A stretch of 63,954 nt of DNA, filler included, from Octopus bimaculoides (GCF_001194135.2; 6 parts of 6 records of this genome joined end to end with filler, not necessarily neighbours in it); one strand, 5' to 3'; counted from the whole stretch's first letter, positions 50,001 to 59,043 are shown. Notes: generated from the letters alone by a model not told the origin. A program made the numbers and translations.

Positions 50001-53000
50001 AAAGTCCAACTCTGGTTGGTAAGTAACTCTTGAAAATTCTTGCAATTTTGGTGCTGCCATATCTGTGATGGTTAAAGATCTCTACCTTCATTTTATTGTT
50101 AACAGTAGAGCATGGGGTTAAGCGTCAGGCCACAAAATGTGCTGCGATAGCTTTTTTTAAAGTATTGATGCCATGTAAAAAACACCTGTGCCAGTGCTGT
50201 GTAAAAGCACCCAGTCCACTCTGTAAAGTGTTTGGTGTTAGGAAGGGCAACCAGCCATAAAAGCTGCCAAACATATCTCACCCATGCTGTAACTTGAATA
50301 ATAATAATAATAATAATAATAATCATAGTAACATCAAAAAATACTGTAGGAATGAGAACCCATGTTCGAAATTTCCCCAAGACACCTGATGAAGGCTGGA
50401 AGGTATATCAGTTGAAATGTTGTGTTAATAACAAACAAGATGAGGACAAATATCCATCAAATGTAAATAATGTAGATATATATATGAGGGGGTAGTAAAA
50501 TGTTCCTGGCTTTAAAGGTGTCGTGAAAGGCCTTGCTGGAGGCCCAACCTTCCAAGTTCTTTTACAGGGCTTAGAAAAACTGAAAGACTGGAGAGAGAGA
50601 ATGGTGGTGGAGATATGTGGGGACATATCCTCAGTGTGTAGTTTATTTATTTTCTCTTTTATTTTCTTTAATGTTCATAGTCTTGGCCATGGAGACCTGA
50701 CATCTGAGGATACTGTGATGCCGGTCAGCCGTGTGGAGACCCTTCACATGTTGAAGATATGTGTGACTAGTGTCACCTGTGGCGGTGAACACATCTTAGC
50801 CCTCAGCTCTCAAGGGGTAAGCACGACTTTTACTCTTTTACTCTTTTACTTGTTTCAGTCATTTGACTGCGGCCATGCTGGAGCACCGCCTTTAGTCGAG
50901 AAAATCAACCCCAGGACTTATTCTTTGTAAGCCTGGTACTTATTCTATCGGTCTCTTTTTGCCGAACTGCTAAGTTACGGGGACGTAAACACACCAGCAT
51001 CGGTTGTCAAGCGATGTTGGGGGGACAANNNNNNNNNNGCCCGAGGCTATAGTAGAAGACACTTGCTCAAGGGTGCCACGCAGTGGGACTGAACCCGGAA
51101 CCATGTGGTTGGTAAGCAAGCTACTTACCACACAGCCACTCCCTGCGCCTATTTTTTCTGCTTTTCTTTGATTTTACTTCGTCTTAATTTGTTATTGTTT
51201 GAGTAAACACACCTGTGCTTGTGAAGGACGTTTACCTGCCATTTCATATGCCCCCCCCCACCACAGAAGCTCCCTCATTGGCTTACTATTGATGTTCTTG
51301 CTACTGTCATTAAGGTATCATTCTCTTTTACAGGTATACAGCTGGGGATCTTCCAAATATGGTCAGGTTGGTGTTGGCGCCTATCATCATTACTACACTC
51401 GGCCGATGCTTGTGGAGAGTCTGTCTTCAGAGTGTTGTGTCAGTTTGGTCTGTGGACAATACCATTCAGTTGCATTGACCAACGATGGCAAGTGAGTAGC
51501 TGTTTTTGTTCTTGTTGTTGTTTTATCGTTTTTGATTGTGACCATGCTGGAGTACTGCCTTGAAGTGTTTTTGTCGAGCAATTTGACCGCAGGACTTACT
51601 TTTCGAGTTCTGGTACTTTTTCCTATCGGTCTCTTTGCCGAACTGTTAAGTTACAGGGTTGTGTAAACACGCTAACACCAGTTGTCAAGCGATGATCGTG
51701 GGATAAGGGACAAACATACACAAACACACACATGCAAACACGCGCAAACACACATGTGCAAACACACGCACGCAAATACGTGCAAATACGCGCAAACACA
51801 CACACTCACAAACACAAACACGCAAACACATGGACACACAGAGACACATACACACACAGGCACACACATACACACAGGCACACACTCACACACACAGACA
51901 CACATGCACACAGACACACACACACAGACACACACACAGACATACACACACACAGACATACACACACACATGCATTCACACACACGCATTCACACACATG
52001 CATACACACACACGCATACACACGCACACACACTTATACACACAGACACACAGACACAGATGTGTGTGTGATGGGCTTCTTTCAGTTTCCGTCTACCAAA
52101 TCCACTGTCAGAAATGCAGCAAATTTTAATTCCTTGTGACTGCCATGTTTAAAAAACAATATAACAGTCAGGAAGTAAAGCAATATTTATTTGTATTACT
52201 TTCTCGTTCACCTTCCTAGAAATGACTGATTAATTCTAATTTCTTTTTTTCTGTTTCTTGTTATTCCCTACTCTAGGGTGTTTACATGGGGTTGGGGTGT
52301 CCACGGACAGCTTGGTCACGGTGATGCTGAAAACCAGTCCGTCCCTAAGCTGATCAGCTGTCTACCTACGGCCAAAGAGATCCGGACAATACAATTGGCT
52401 GCAGGTTATGCGCACACAATGGTACTCAGTCAACAGGTGAGTTTTACTTTTGTTTTGTACAGGATAGAGCTGGGGAGAGTCTTGGTGATGGTGATATTGG
52501 TGGTAGCAGTGGTGGTGGTGGTGGTGATGCTGCTGTTGTTGGTTGTGGTAGTGGTGATGATGTCAGTGGTGGTTGTGGTGGTGGTGATGGGTTGTTGTTG
52601 TTGGTGGTGGGGGATGTTAGTGGTGGTGGCGATGGTTGGGTTGTTGGTGGGGGTAGCGATGCTGAGGATGGTAGCGATGTTGGTGATGGCAGTGGTTGCA
52701 GTGGTGGTGGTGGTGGTGATGTTGGATGCTGTTGTTGTCGAGAGAAATACAATGAGAGAGATGGGGTACAGCATGAGAGAGCAAGAGTGTGCGTGAAAGA
52801 TAGATAGCTAGATAGATAGGTAGTGTTGTCACCATAATAACTGACAAAACTTTCATGATATAACAGCCGTACTATTAAAAGGAAGAATGTGCACGATTAA
52901 CAAATAATTTTACTGGGGGGGGGGCATAGCAATGGTTAAAGACCTAGTGTGAATTAAAAAGGCAGTGTAACCCTTATAGTTTTCTTCTTTTCCTATTTTC

Positions 53001-56000
53001 CACGATTCATTTCCATTCTTTGCATTATCCAGGGAGATGTCTACAGTTTCGGATGCGGCTACTTTGGACAGCTCGGACTTGGCCAGAGGCAAAAGAAATC
53101 GGTACCAAGTCATATAACATTGCCAGAAAAGATCTCATATATTGCTGCTAACTTCTTCAGCTCGGTCAGTATTATAAATGTACATATGTGTAGTCNNNNN
53201 NNNNNNNNNNNNNNNNNNNNNNNNNNNNNNNNNNNNNNNNNNNNNNNNNNNNNNNNNNNNNNNNNNNNNNNNNNNNNNNNNNNNNNNNNNNNNNNNNNNN
53301 NNNNNNNNNNNNNNNNNNNNNNNNNNNNNNNNNNNNNNNNNNNNNNNNNNNNNNNNNNNNNNNNNNNNNNNNNNNNNNNNNNNNNNNNNNNNNNNNNNNN
53401 NNNNNNNNNNNNNNNNNNNNNNNNNNNNNNNNNNNNNNNNNNNNNNNNNNNNNNNNNNNNNNNNNNNNNNNNNNNNNNNNNNNNNNNNNNNNNNNNNNNN
53501 NNNNNNNNNNNNNNNNNNNNNNNNNNNNNNNNNNNNNNNNNNNNNNNNNNNNNNNNNNNNNNNNNNNNNNNNNNNNNNNNNNNNNNNNNNNNNNNNNNNN
53601 NNNNNNNNNNNNTATACGACGGGCTTCTTTCAGTTTCCGTCTACCAAATCCACTCACAAGGCTTTGGTCAGCCCGAGGCTATAGTAGAAGACACTTGCCC
53701 AAGGTGCCACGCAGTGGGACTGAACCCGGGACCATGTGGTTGGTAAGCAAGCTACTTACCACACAGCCACTCCTGCGCCTACTTATTTCTCTTTTTTTGT
53801 TTTTAAAGTCTGGTGCTTATTATATCATTCTCTTTTGCTGCACTGGTTTTCAAGCAATGGCACTGGACACACACACACACACACACACACAACAGCTGAA
53901 AGCACAAACACTTCGTCTTATGTGTTCTTCATTGAATGTCTAAACTTGTCTCGTCATTTCAATTCATCTGTCTTTTCGTCCCTGTCTCATTTAGGTTGCT
54001 GTCACCCAAGATAGCAGTGTCTACTGCTGGGGTATCCACCCGAACATCATCCGCTATGCTGCGCAGATGAGCCGTCGTGCTCCCGGACAGGAAGCTGCCG
54101 ATGGTTTCGGCGATGACTATCTCTCTCCATTGCTGGTCGATACATCTAACGTTCTTGGCAAAATAGTTCAGGTATGGCTGTTTTATAATGGTTAATACTA
54201 TTGGTAATGATGATGATGATGATGCTGGTATTAATGATGGTGATAATGCTGCTGTTGTTAATGATGATGGTGTTGATGATGATAATGCTGGTGGTGTTGA
54301 TGCTGGTAGTGTTGATGCTGGTGTTGATGATGCTGGTGTTGATGATGCCGATGTTGATGATACTGATGTTGATGATTCAAGCATTCAATTCAGACTCCTG
54401 CTTCCCATCACTTGGGCATATAATCCCCTTCTGTCTATTTGCCCGTCTGTGAAATTTTGTTGCCTAACTGTGAAATTTTGTTGCCCGTCTGTGAAATTTT
54501 GTTGCTTGTCTGTGAAATTTTGTTGCCCATCTGAAATTTTGTTGCGCGTCTGTGAAATTTTGTTGCCTGCCTGTGAGTTTACTTCTCTACCTGTGAGTTT
54601 ACCTGCCAATCTGTCTATTAACTTACCTATTTACATACCTGTCTATTAGCTTACCCATCTGTCTATCCATGTTTAACTTGTTCTTTTCTCTTAATAGATT
54701 CCATATCCAACTTTGATTTCCATTACGATCTATTTGTGTCTGTGTCTATGTGTGTGTATAAAATTTTACTATAACTTTTCTATAACTGTGTTTTTTTTTT
54801 GTTTTTGCTAATTTCAGGTCAGCTGTGGTAGCTACCACTTTGTCCTGCTTACTTCAGACGGTGTGGTATACACTTGGGGTCGAAATACTGATGGACAGTT
54901 GGGCTTTGTATCCTACCAAAACATTGTAAGCTAAAACCCCTTCTTCTCTTCTGTTGTTTCTTCCTCTTCTAATTTCATAAAGTATTGTGAAAGGGGACTG
55001 TTGACACCCCTCACTCGTAATATGAGGTTCCTTTATCCAGAAGTAGTGGTCATGGGGCTTTAAGAGCCAGACGTGATCATATGTATATATAATATATATA
55101 CAGGCGTGACTGTGTGGTAAGAAGTTTGCTTTCCAACCACAGATTGGAGCCTGGTGTAGCCTTCTGGCTTGCCAGTCCTCAGTCAAATCGCCCAACCCAT
55201 GCTAGCATGGAAAGCGGACGTTAAACGATGATGATGATGATTATGATTTTGGCCGAATATGACCAGTTTATATGCTAAAGGGTCAAATGCAGTAGGTATT
55301 GTTGCACACACACACACACACACATACACACATGCATAGACACGCCGTCTAAAGTTGTATTTTTCTCTGTATTTTCCCTTCAACAGTCATTTCCAACCCA
55401 AGTGACGGCTATCAGTGATGTCCACATCTCACACGTCTACAGTGGCTCAGACTTCAATGTGGCACTGAACAGCGATGGAGAGGTTTGGGGATGGGGACGG
55501 AATGACACTGGACAGGTGAGTTATTGACATTATTTAACCCTTTTGATACCAACCTGGCTAAAACTAGCTCTGGCTCTGTACTACTAATGTCTTGTTTCCA
55601 TAAGTTTTGAATTAAAATCTTCCACCAAACCTTAGTCACAATTTATGTTCCTAACACTAGTTTAATGATAACTAAGTTACTTTACTAAATTCTTTGCTAT
55701 ATTTAAAATTAATTGAAAGAAACACAGAGCATCTCAACAGAAATATGGTAACAAAAGGGTTAAAGTCACCATGATGATTTTAATCCTTTTGATACCAACC
55801 TGGTTGAAACTGCTTTTGGCTCTGTAGTACAAATGTCTTGTTTTCAAAAGTTCTGAATTAAAATCTTCCATCTAACCTTAGTCACAATTTATGTTCCTAA
55901 CACTAGCCTGGTCCTCACCTCTATCCAGAATCATAATGCAGAAATGTTTGCAAGAGTAGGTTTTGCTGAACACCCTATCATATGTCTGTGTGTCTGTCCA

Positions 56001-56014
56001 TCCATTAATTCTTT

Positions 56015-56098
<84 letters not shown>

Positions 56099-57258
56099 GC
56101 TCCTACATCTCATAAAGGAGAAAGGCGTCCGTGTGAGACCAAAGGCCATTCTAAATCGAGACGACGTCCAGCAAGGCAATGCCACCCACGTGCGTGTCCC
56201 TATACTCCTCCCTGGGGTGCCGTCAGCAAAAGGTGGGACCCTATATGTATCACATGACCACAGTAGTAACGGAGCACTCTTTGTAAGTTGATCTACCAAT
56301 TTATTGTATTTATGATAAGATAGAGATGGTGGATGCGGTAGCGTGTGAGTGGTGGTGTTGGTGATGGTGGTGGCTGTACTAGTGAGTGGTGGTGGTGGTC
56401 ACAATTGGAATGGTGGCTGTGGGGGTAGTGCTTTAGGTGATGGCTGCAATAGTGTAGGTGGTGTTGGTGACTTGTGGTGTGGTGGCAATGGCTCTAGTTG
56501 TATGGGTGATGGTGTGGTAAGGGTATGTTAGGGGTAGAGGTGGTAGTGTATCAGTGATGGCATAGCAGTGGTATGGTAGATGCAGTGGTGTGAGTGCTAG
56601 TATGACAATGTTGGTAACTTTTGTGGTAGTGGTATGATGGATGTAGCAGTAGTAGTAGTAGCTGTAGTGATATCAGTGGTGACATTGCAGTGGTGTGGGT
56701 GCTAGTATTGTGGCGTTGGTAACTATTGTGGTGAAGTGGCAGTTGCTGTAGTGGTGTGGTAGTGGTATGATAGACGTAGAGGTAGTAGTGTTAGTAGCTG
56801 TCGAGGTATCAGTGGTGTTGTAGATGTTGTGGTGTAGTGGCTTTGGTTGTGCAGGTGGTTGTGGGTAGTGGTATGGTGGATGTAGTAGAGGTGGTAGTGA
56901 TAGTAGCTGTAGTGCTATCAGTGGCAGCAGCATAGTAGTGGTGTACTAGATGCAGTGATGTAGGTGCTAGTATGGTGGTGGTTGATGGCTACTATGAAAA
57001 TCGTGGCTGTAGTGGTGGAGAATTTAGTAGTGTGGCTACTAGTGCTGGCAAGAATAGTGTGTTGGTTGTAGTAGCTTAGTGGTGCCTGTTATTGCATGGT
57101 GTGGTTGTAGTTGTAATACTGTAATTACATTGACTATTTTATCGTTATGTTTTCAGGATTCTGAAGACTTTTACCAAATGTCCCAAATTAAGATCCCAGA
57201 CCTATCCTCCGTCGGACTACTCAGGTATGGGAGACAGGTGGTGCCTGTATTACTGCGG
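33101..57258 (+). CDS. Partial multi-exon gene: claret/GLO-4-like RCC1-repeat protein (putative Rab32/38-family GEF); 25 exons, 5' and 3' ends missing
   Basis: 25 exons assembled by hand, each with AG/GT boundaries and matching phases, giving one stop-free frame of 3566 nt. WD40-like N-terminus ([17 protein letters not shown]), helical middle, seven RCC1 repeats ([72 protein letters not shown]). Gene structure is high confidence; claret orthology is recalled similarity (about 0.65) and needs BLAST. Confidence 0.9.
33538..33610 (+). CDS. claret-like exon 2
   Basis: ccag|GATCCC...CCCAAAG|gtaact; [24 protein letters not shown]; phases 0/1. Confidence 0.85.
34215..34625 (-). mobile_element. Possible LINE 5'-UTR-type fragment in intron 2
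   Basis: GC-richer non-coding block containing GAGGACAGGGTGCTAACCTGAAACCC; family assignment from recall only. Confidence 0.3.
34752..34819 (+). CDS. claret-like exon 3
   Basis: ttag|GTTTTCC...ACATCG|gtgagt; [23 protein letters not shown]; phases 1/0. Confidence 0.85.
35627..35749 (+). CDS. claret-like exon 4
   Basis: ccag|TTGGGT...CTTCTG|gtaagt; [41 protein letters not shown]; phases 0/0. Confidence 0.88.
35813..36135 (+). mobile_element. tRNA-derived SINE family D
   Basis: GGCGCAATGGCCCAGTGGTTAGGGCAGC head, GTTTCGATTCCC B-box-like; body CCCGAGAACTACGTTAAGGGTACACGTGTCTGTGGA shared with 43-356(-), 13775-13900 and 15053-15335. Confidence 0.85.
36850..37000 (+). CDS. claret-like exon 5
   Basis: acag|GTCACA...GAGCAG|gttagt; [50 protein letters not shown]; phases 0/1. 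Confidence 0.85.
37185..37357. repeat. About 14-bp minisatellite (CCCCTGTCTGTCTR)
   Basis: Direct reading; runs into an N-gap. Confidence 0.85.
38429..38556 (+). CDS. claret-like exon 6
   Basis: ccag|CCGGC...TATCAG|gtaagt; [42 protein letters not shown]; phases 1/0. Confidence 0.85.
39377..39547 (+). CDS. claret-like exon 7
   Basis: acag|ATTTAT...GAGCAG|gtaagt; [57 protein letters not shown]; phases 0/0. Confidence 0.88.
39627..40679. repeat. Tandem array of the same piggyBac-type MITE (period about 248 bp)
   Basis: GGG|TTAA ends at 40205, 40453 and 40673; the same AGTCACCATGAT spacer; array interrupted by an N-gap. Confidence 0.8.
40766..41004 (+). CDS. claret-like exon 8
   Basis: ccag|AACCTC...CCGAG|gtaagg; [23 protein letters not shown]...[17 protein letters not shown]; phases 0/2. 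Confidence 0.88.
41086..41284. repeat. 19-bp minisatellite (GCACTCTACTACTCATGTA), about 10.5 perfect copies
   Basis: Head-to-tail identical units with no spacers. Confidence 0.95.
41904..42081 (+). CDS. claret-like exon 9
   Basis: acag|GATCTCC...GCTAAG|gtatgt; [13 protein letters not shown]...[14 protein letters not shown]; phases 2/0. Confidence 0.9.
42318..42716 (+). mobile_element. Tandem dimer of SINE family A with two different 3' tails
   Basis: Full copy ending TTTGTCCCCTCTATGTTTAGCCCCCTGTGGGCAATAACGAAAT, then a headless copy ending CCCCAAAATTTCAGGCCTTGTGCCTAGAGTAGAAAAG. Confidence 0.85.
43636..43841 (+). CDS. claret-like exon 10
   Basis: gcag|TCTTCC...TTTCAG|gtaaag; [27 protein letters not shown]...NPNLISAF; phases 0/2. 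Confidence 0.88.
44746..44842 (+). CDS. claret-like exon 11
   Basis: tcag|GGAATTC...GGCAAG|gttagt; [33 protein letters not shown]; phases 2/0. Confidence 0.88.
45090..45400 (-). mobile_element. Possible decayed LINE C-terminal zinc-knuckle remnant
   Basis: Broken NPL(C)..[12 protein letters not shown] pattern across frames. Confidence 0.3.
45433..45559 (+). CDS. claret-like exon 12
   Basis: tcag|GCACGT...GTCATG|gtaaga; [42 protein letters not shown]; phases 0/1. Confidence 0.88.
45775..46240. repeat. About 80-bp tandem repeat with dimeric higher-order structure
   Basis: AGGCCT anchors at 45861, 45941, 46022, 46103 and 46183. Confidence 0.9.
46408..46612 (+). CDS. claret-like exon 13
   Basis: acag|GTGTC...GAAAG|gtgagg; [22 protein letters not shown]...[24 protein letters not shown]; phases 1/2. 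Confidence 0.88.
46646..47009. mobile_element. hAT/Charlie-type MITE, 364 bp
   Basis: TIRs CAGCGGTTCTCAGCC / GGTTGAGAACCCCTG; 8-bp TSD ATTTAGAT / CTTTAGAT (7 of 8 match). Confidence 0.85.
47255..47318 (+). CDS. claret-like exon 14
   Basis: gcag|AACTTTC...AACCCT|gtaagt; [22 protein letters not shown]; phases 2/0. Confidence 0.8.
48160..48306 (+). CDS. claret-like exon 15
   Basis: ccag|GAGATG...TTAACG|gtaagt; [25 protein letters not shown]...RPFISEHLT; phases 0/0. Confidence 0.87.
48570..49735. repeat. GT-rich minisatellite (66/75-bp units) spanning an N-gap
   Basis: Unit GTGGTGGTGAGGACATATGTGGCAGTTGTAGTGTTGTGGTTGCAGTGGTGCTGTGGTTGTAGT, with or without a 9-bp insert. Confidence 0.9.
49885..50018 (+). 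CDS. claret-like exon 16 (start of RCC1 propeller)
   Basis: tcag|TTTGCA...GGTTG|gtaagt; ...[25 protein letters not shown]; phases 0/2. Confidence 0.9.
50345..50475 (+). mobile_element. Penelope-type short repeat with a minimal hammerhead-like motif
   Basis: GACAC-CTGATGA-A-GGCTG-loop-CAGTT-GAAATGTT-GTGTT at 50381-50426; second copy at about 18770-18930(-) lacking the GAAA segment; both follow an (AAT)n tract. Confidence 0.55.
50681..50816 (+). CDS. claret-like exon 17 (RCC1)
   Basis: atag|TCTTGGC...CAAGGG|gtaagc; [11 protein letters not shown]...[18 protein letters not shown]; phases 2/0. Confidence 0.92.
51334..51491 (+). CDS. claret-like exon 18 (RCC1)
   Basis: acag|GTATAC...GGCAA|gtgagt; [15 protein letters not shown]...[15 protein letters not shown]; phases 0/2. 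Confidence 0.93.
52277..52436 (+). CDS. claret-like exon 19 (RCC1)
   Basis: ctag|GGTGTTT...CAACAG|gtgagt; [17 protein letters not shown]...[15 protein letters not shown]; phases 2/0. Confidence 0.93.
53033..53164 (+). CDS. claret-like exon 20 (RCC1)
   Basis: ccag|GGAGAT...AGCTCG|gtcagt; [44 protein letters not shown]; phases 0/0. Confidence 0.92.
53995..54171 (+). CDS. claret-like exon 21 (RCC1)
   Basis: ttag|GTTGCT...GTTCAG|gtatgg; [16 protein letters not shown]...[13 protein letters not shown]; phases 0/0. Confidence 0.92.
54441..54575. repeat. 21-bp minisatellite (CTGTGAAATTTTGTTGCNNNN), about 6 copies
   Basis: Direct reading of the sequence. Confidence 0.9.
54818..54925 (+). CDS. claret-like exon 22 (RCC1)
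   Basis: tcag|GTCAGC...AACATT|gtaagc; [36 protein letters not shown]; phases 0/0. Confidence 0.93.
55387..55515 (+). CDS. claret-like exon 23 (RCC1)
   Basis: acag|TCATTT...GGACAG|gtgagt; [43 protein letters not shown]; phases 0/0. Confidence 0.93.
55534..55908. mobile_element. piggyBac-type MITE, 1.5 tandem units
   Basis: TTAA|CCCTTTTGATACCA...TGGTAACAAAAGGG|TTAA (55538-55759), a spacer AGTCACCATGATGAT, then a second unit starting TTAATCCTTTTGATACC. Confidence 0.8.
56100..56282 (+). CDS. claret-like exon 24
   Basis: ccag|CTCCTA...CTCTTT|gtaagt; [18 protein letters not shown]...[11 protein letters not shown]...SNGALF; phases 0/0; donor chosen to match the phase-0 exon 25. Confidence 0.8.
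57157..57258 (+). CDS. claret-like exon 25 (last visible; no stop codon)
   Basis: tcag|GATTCT...CTGCGG|gtaagt; [34 protein letters not shown]; phases 0/0. Confidence 0.82.
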
Positions 57259-57301
57259 GTAAGTTTTCGCTTCTTTCTCTTTTTCTTACCTTCACATCTT
57301 C

Positions 57302-57573
57302 TCAGACAGGTTTATGGTTGGGCCTGTTGGGGTGGAGACCTCCGGCGTTCTCGGCCCCTGGGGCAGAGATTAAGGTATCAGTCACTCTCCGACAGGTTTA
57401 TGGTCGAGCCTATGGCAGTGGAGACCTCTAGCATTCTCGTCCCCGGGACCAAATCCCTGCTCATTGCTATTAGGGCAGAGATAAAGGTATTGGTTGAGCC
57501 TATGGCAGTGGAGACCTCTGGCATTCTTGGCCCCTGGACCAAATCCCTGCTCATTGCTATTAGGGCAGAGATT
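57302..57573 (+). mobile_element. Tandemly triplicated fragment resembling a CRE-clade retroelement C-terminus (about 87-bp unit)
   Basis: Units read RYQSLSDRFMVEPMAVETS(S/G)IL(V/G)PGTKSLLIAI and SDRFMVGPVGVETSGVLGP; resembles the P.AVET.G..GP motif of restriction-like-endonuclease elements. Confidence 0.5.
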
Positions 57574-57673
57574 NNNNNNNNNNNNNNNNNNNNNNNNNNN
57601 NNNNNNNNNNNNNNNNNTTAATTAATTAANNNNNNNNNNNNNNNNNNNNNNNNNNNNNNNNNNNNNNNNNNNN
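57574..57673. other. Artificial scaffold-join spacer (4 of 5)
   Basis: Identical 100-nt spacer, just downstream of the last visible claret-like exon. Confidence 0.95.
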
Positions 57674-58843
57674 CGATAATTTCAATTGATTTTAATCGAT
57701 TTAAAATTCTTTTCTATTTGAAAATTGGTTATGAAACACGTGTAATCTTTTTATTATATTTATCTTATGATATTTACTTTACTTTATATTATACTCATTT
57801 ATTGTGCTTTTAATTATTAATTTTTCTATATGTGATAGTGGATTTTCATCGATGAGTTCTTGAAAATTGTTTATTTTCCCTAAAACTATATATTTTATAT
57901 ATACTTTATCTATAAGGCTCAATTTAATTTTAATTTTTTATAAATTGATTTTAATTGAGTTTTTTACCTGTAATTTTGGATTTTGTCCCTAATATTATTA
58001 TTATATATATATATATATAATTTTCATTTTATAACCAGTTTTGTAAGATTTAATATATGGCTTCTATTTCCCCGACACTTTGGGCTGTAGTTGTAAGCCA
58101 TGTTTATGGACTTTGGAATGTTTCAAAGGATTCCTGGTATTGTGGTGAAAAGGGAGAGAATAGAGGGTCAGGCAGTATGTTGACGTTTGTATTGTGAGTT
58201 GCGATGCGAGTCTGTAGCACAGTCGTGGGTCATATATGAATATAAACGTCTTTAAAATTGTTATTTCTGGTGATATAGACCAAGACCTTTGATTCTCAGT
58301 TATATTCTCAAAAAATGATGAGCTCAAATTATCTCCAAATTAAGCATTTCTTATCCAGAAAATCAAACTCATTTCATCCTTCTTCAATTAGCATCTACCT
58401 CTTTCAATGACTTCCTGTATGTCACTGCCATACATGTCCATACTTTGTACATATCTCAGTAGGGAAGTAAATATTTCTTTCCTTACATATCATGGAAAAT
58501 TTATGGTGAACCACTTTTGAGCGAAATGATTACTAGATCGGTGTTAAGGTCACGCCTGGCTTGTCTCATGGGGAATAATATTTAGAAAGTGTCCGATCTA
58601 AAATATTTTGAATATTTTTGATAGCGTAAGAGTACATCGCTCTCCATATGTGTTTGTAACACTTTATGACACATTGTTCTCAAATCAGCCAGTACGTCCA
58701 AGCTATATATTTACAACAGCAACGGCTGCTGCTACAGCTATTGCTACTACTACTACCACCAACACCAACGTCATCAATACCACCACTGTCACCACCATCA
58801 ACACGACCACGACCACGACCACGACAACCACGATCAACACCAA

Positions 58844-58882
<39 letters not shown>

Positions 58883-58919
58883 AACCACCATCACCACCAC
58901 CACCACCACCACCACCACC

Positions 58920-58988
<69 letters not shown>

Positions 58989-59043
58989 GCTGCTGCTTTC
59001 TATTATTGGCTTCTCTCATATTCATGTTTTGTTTCTTATTCAG

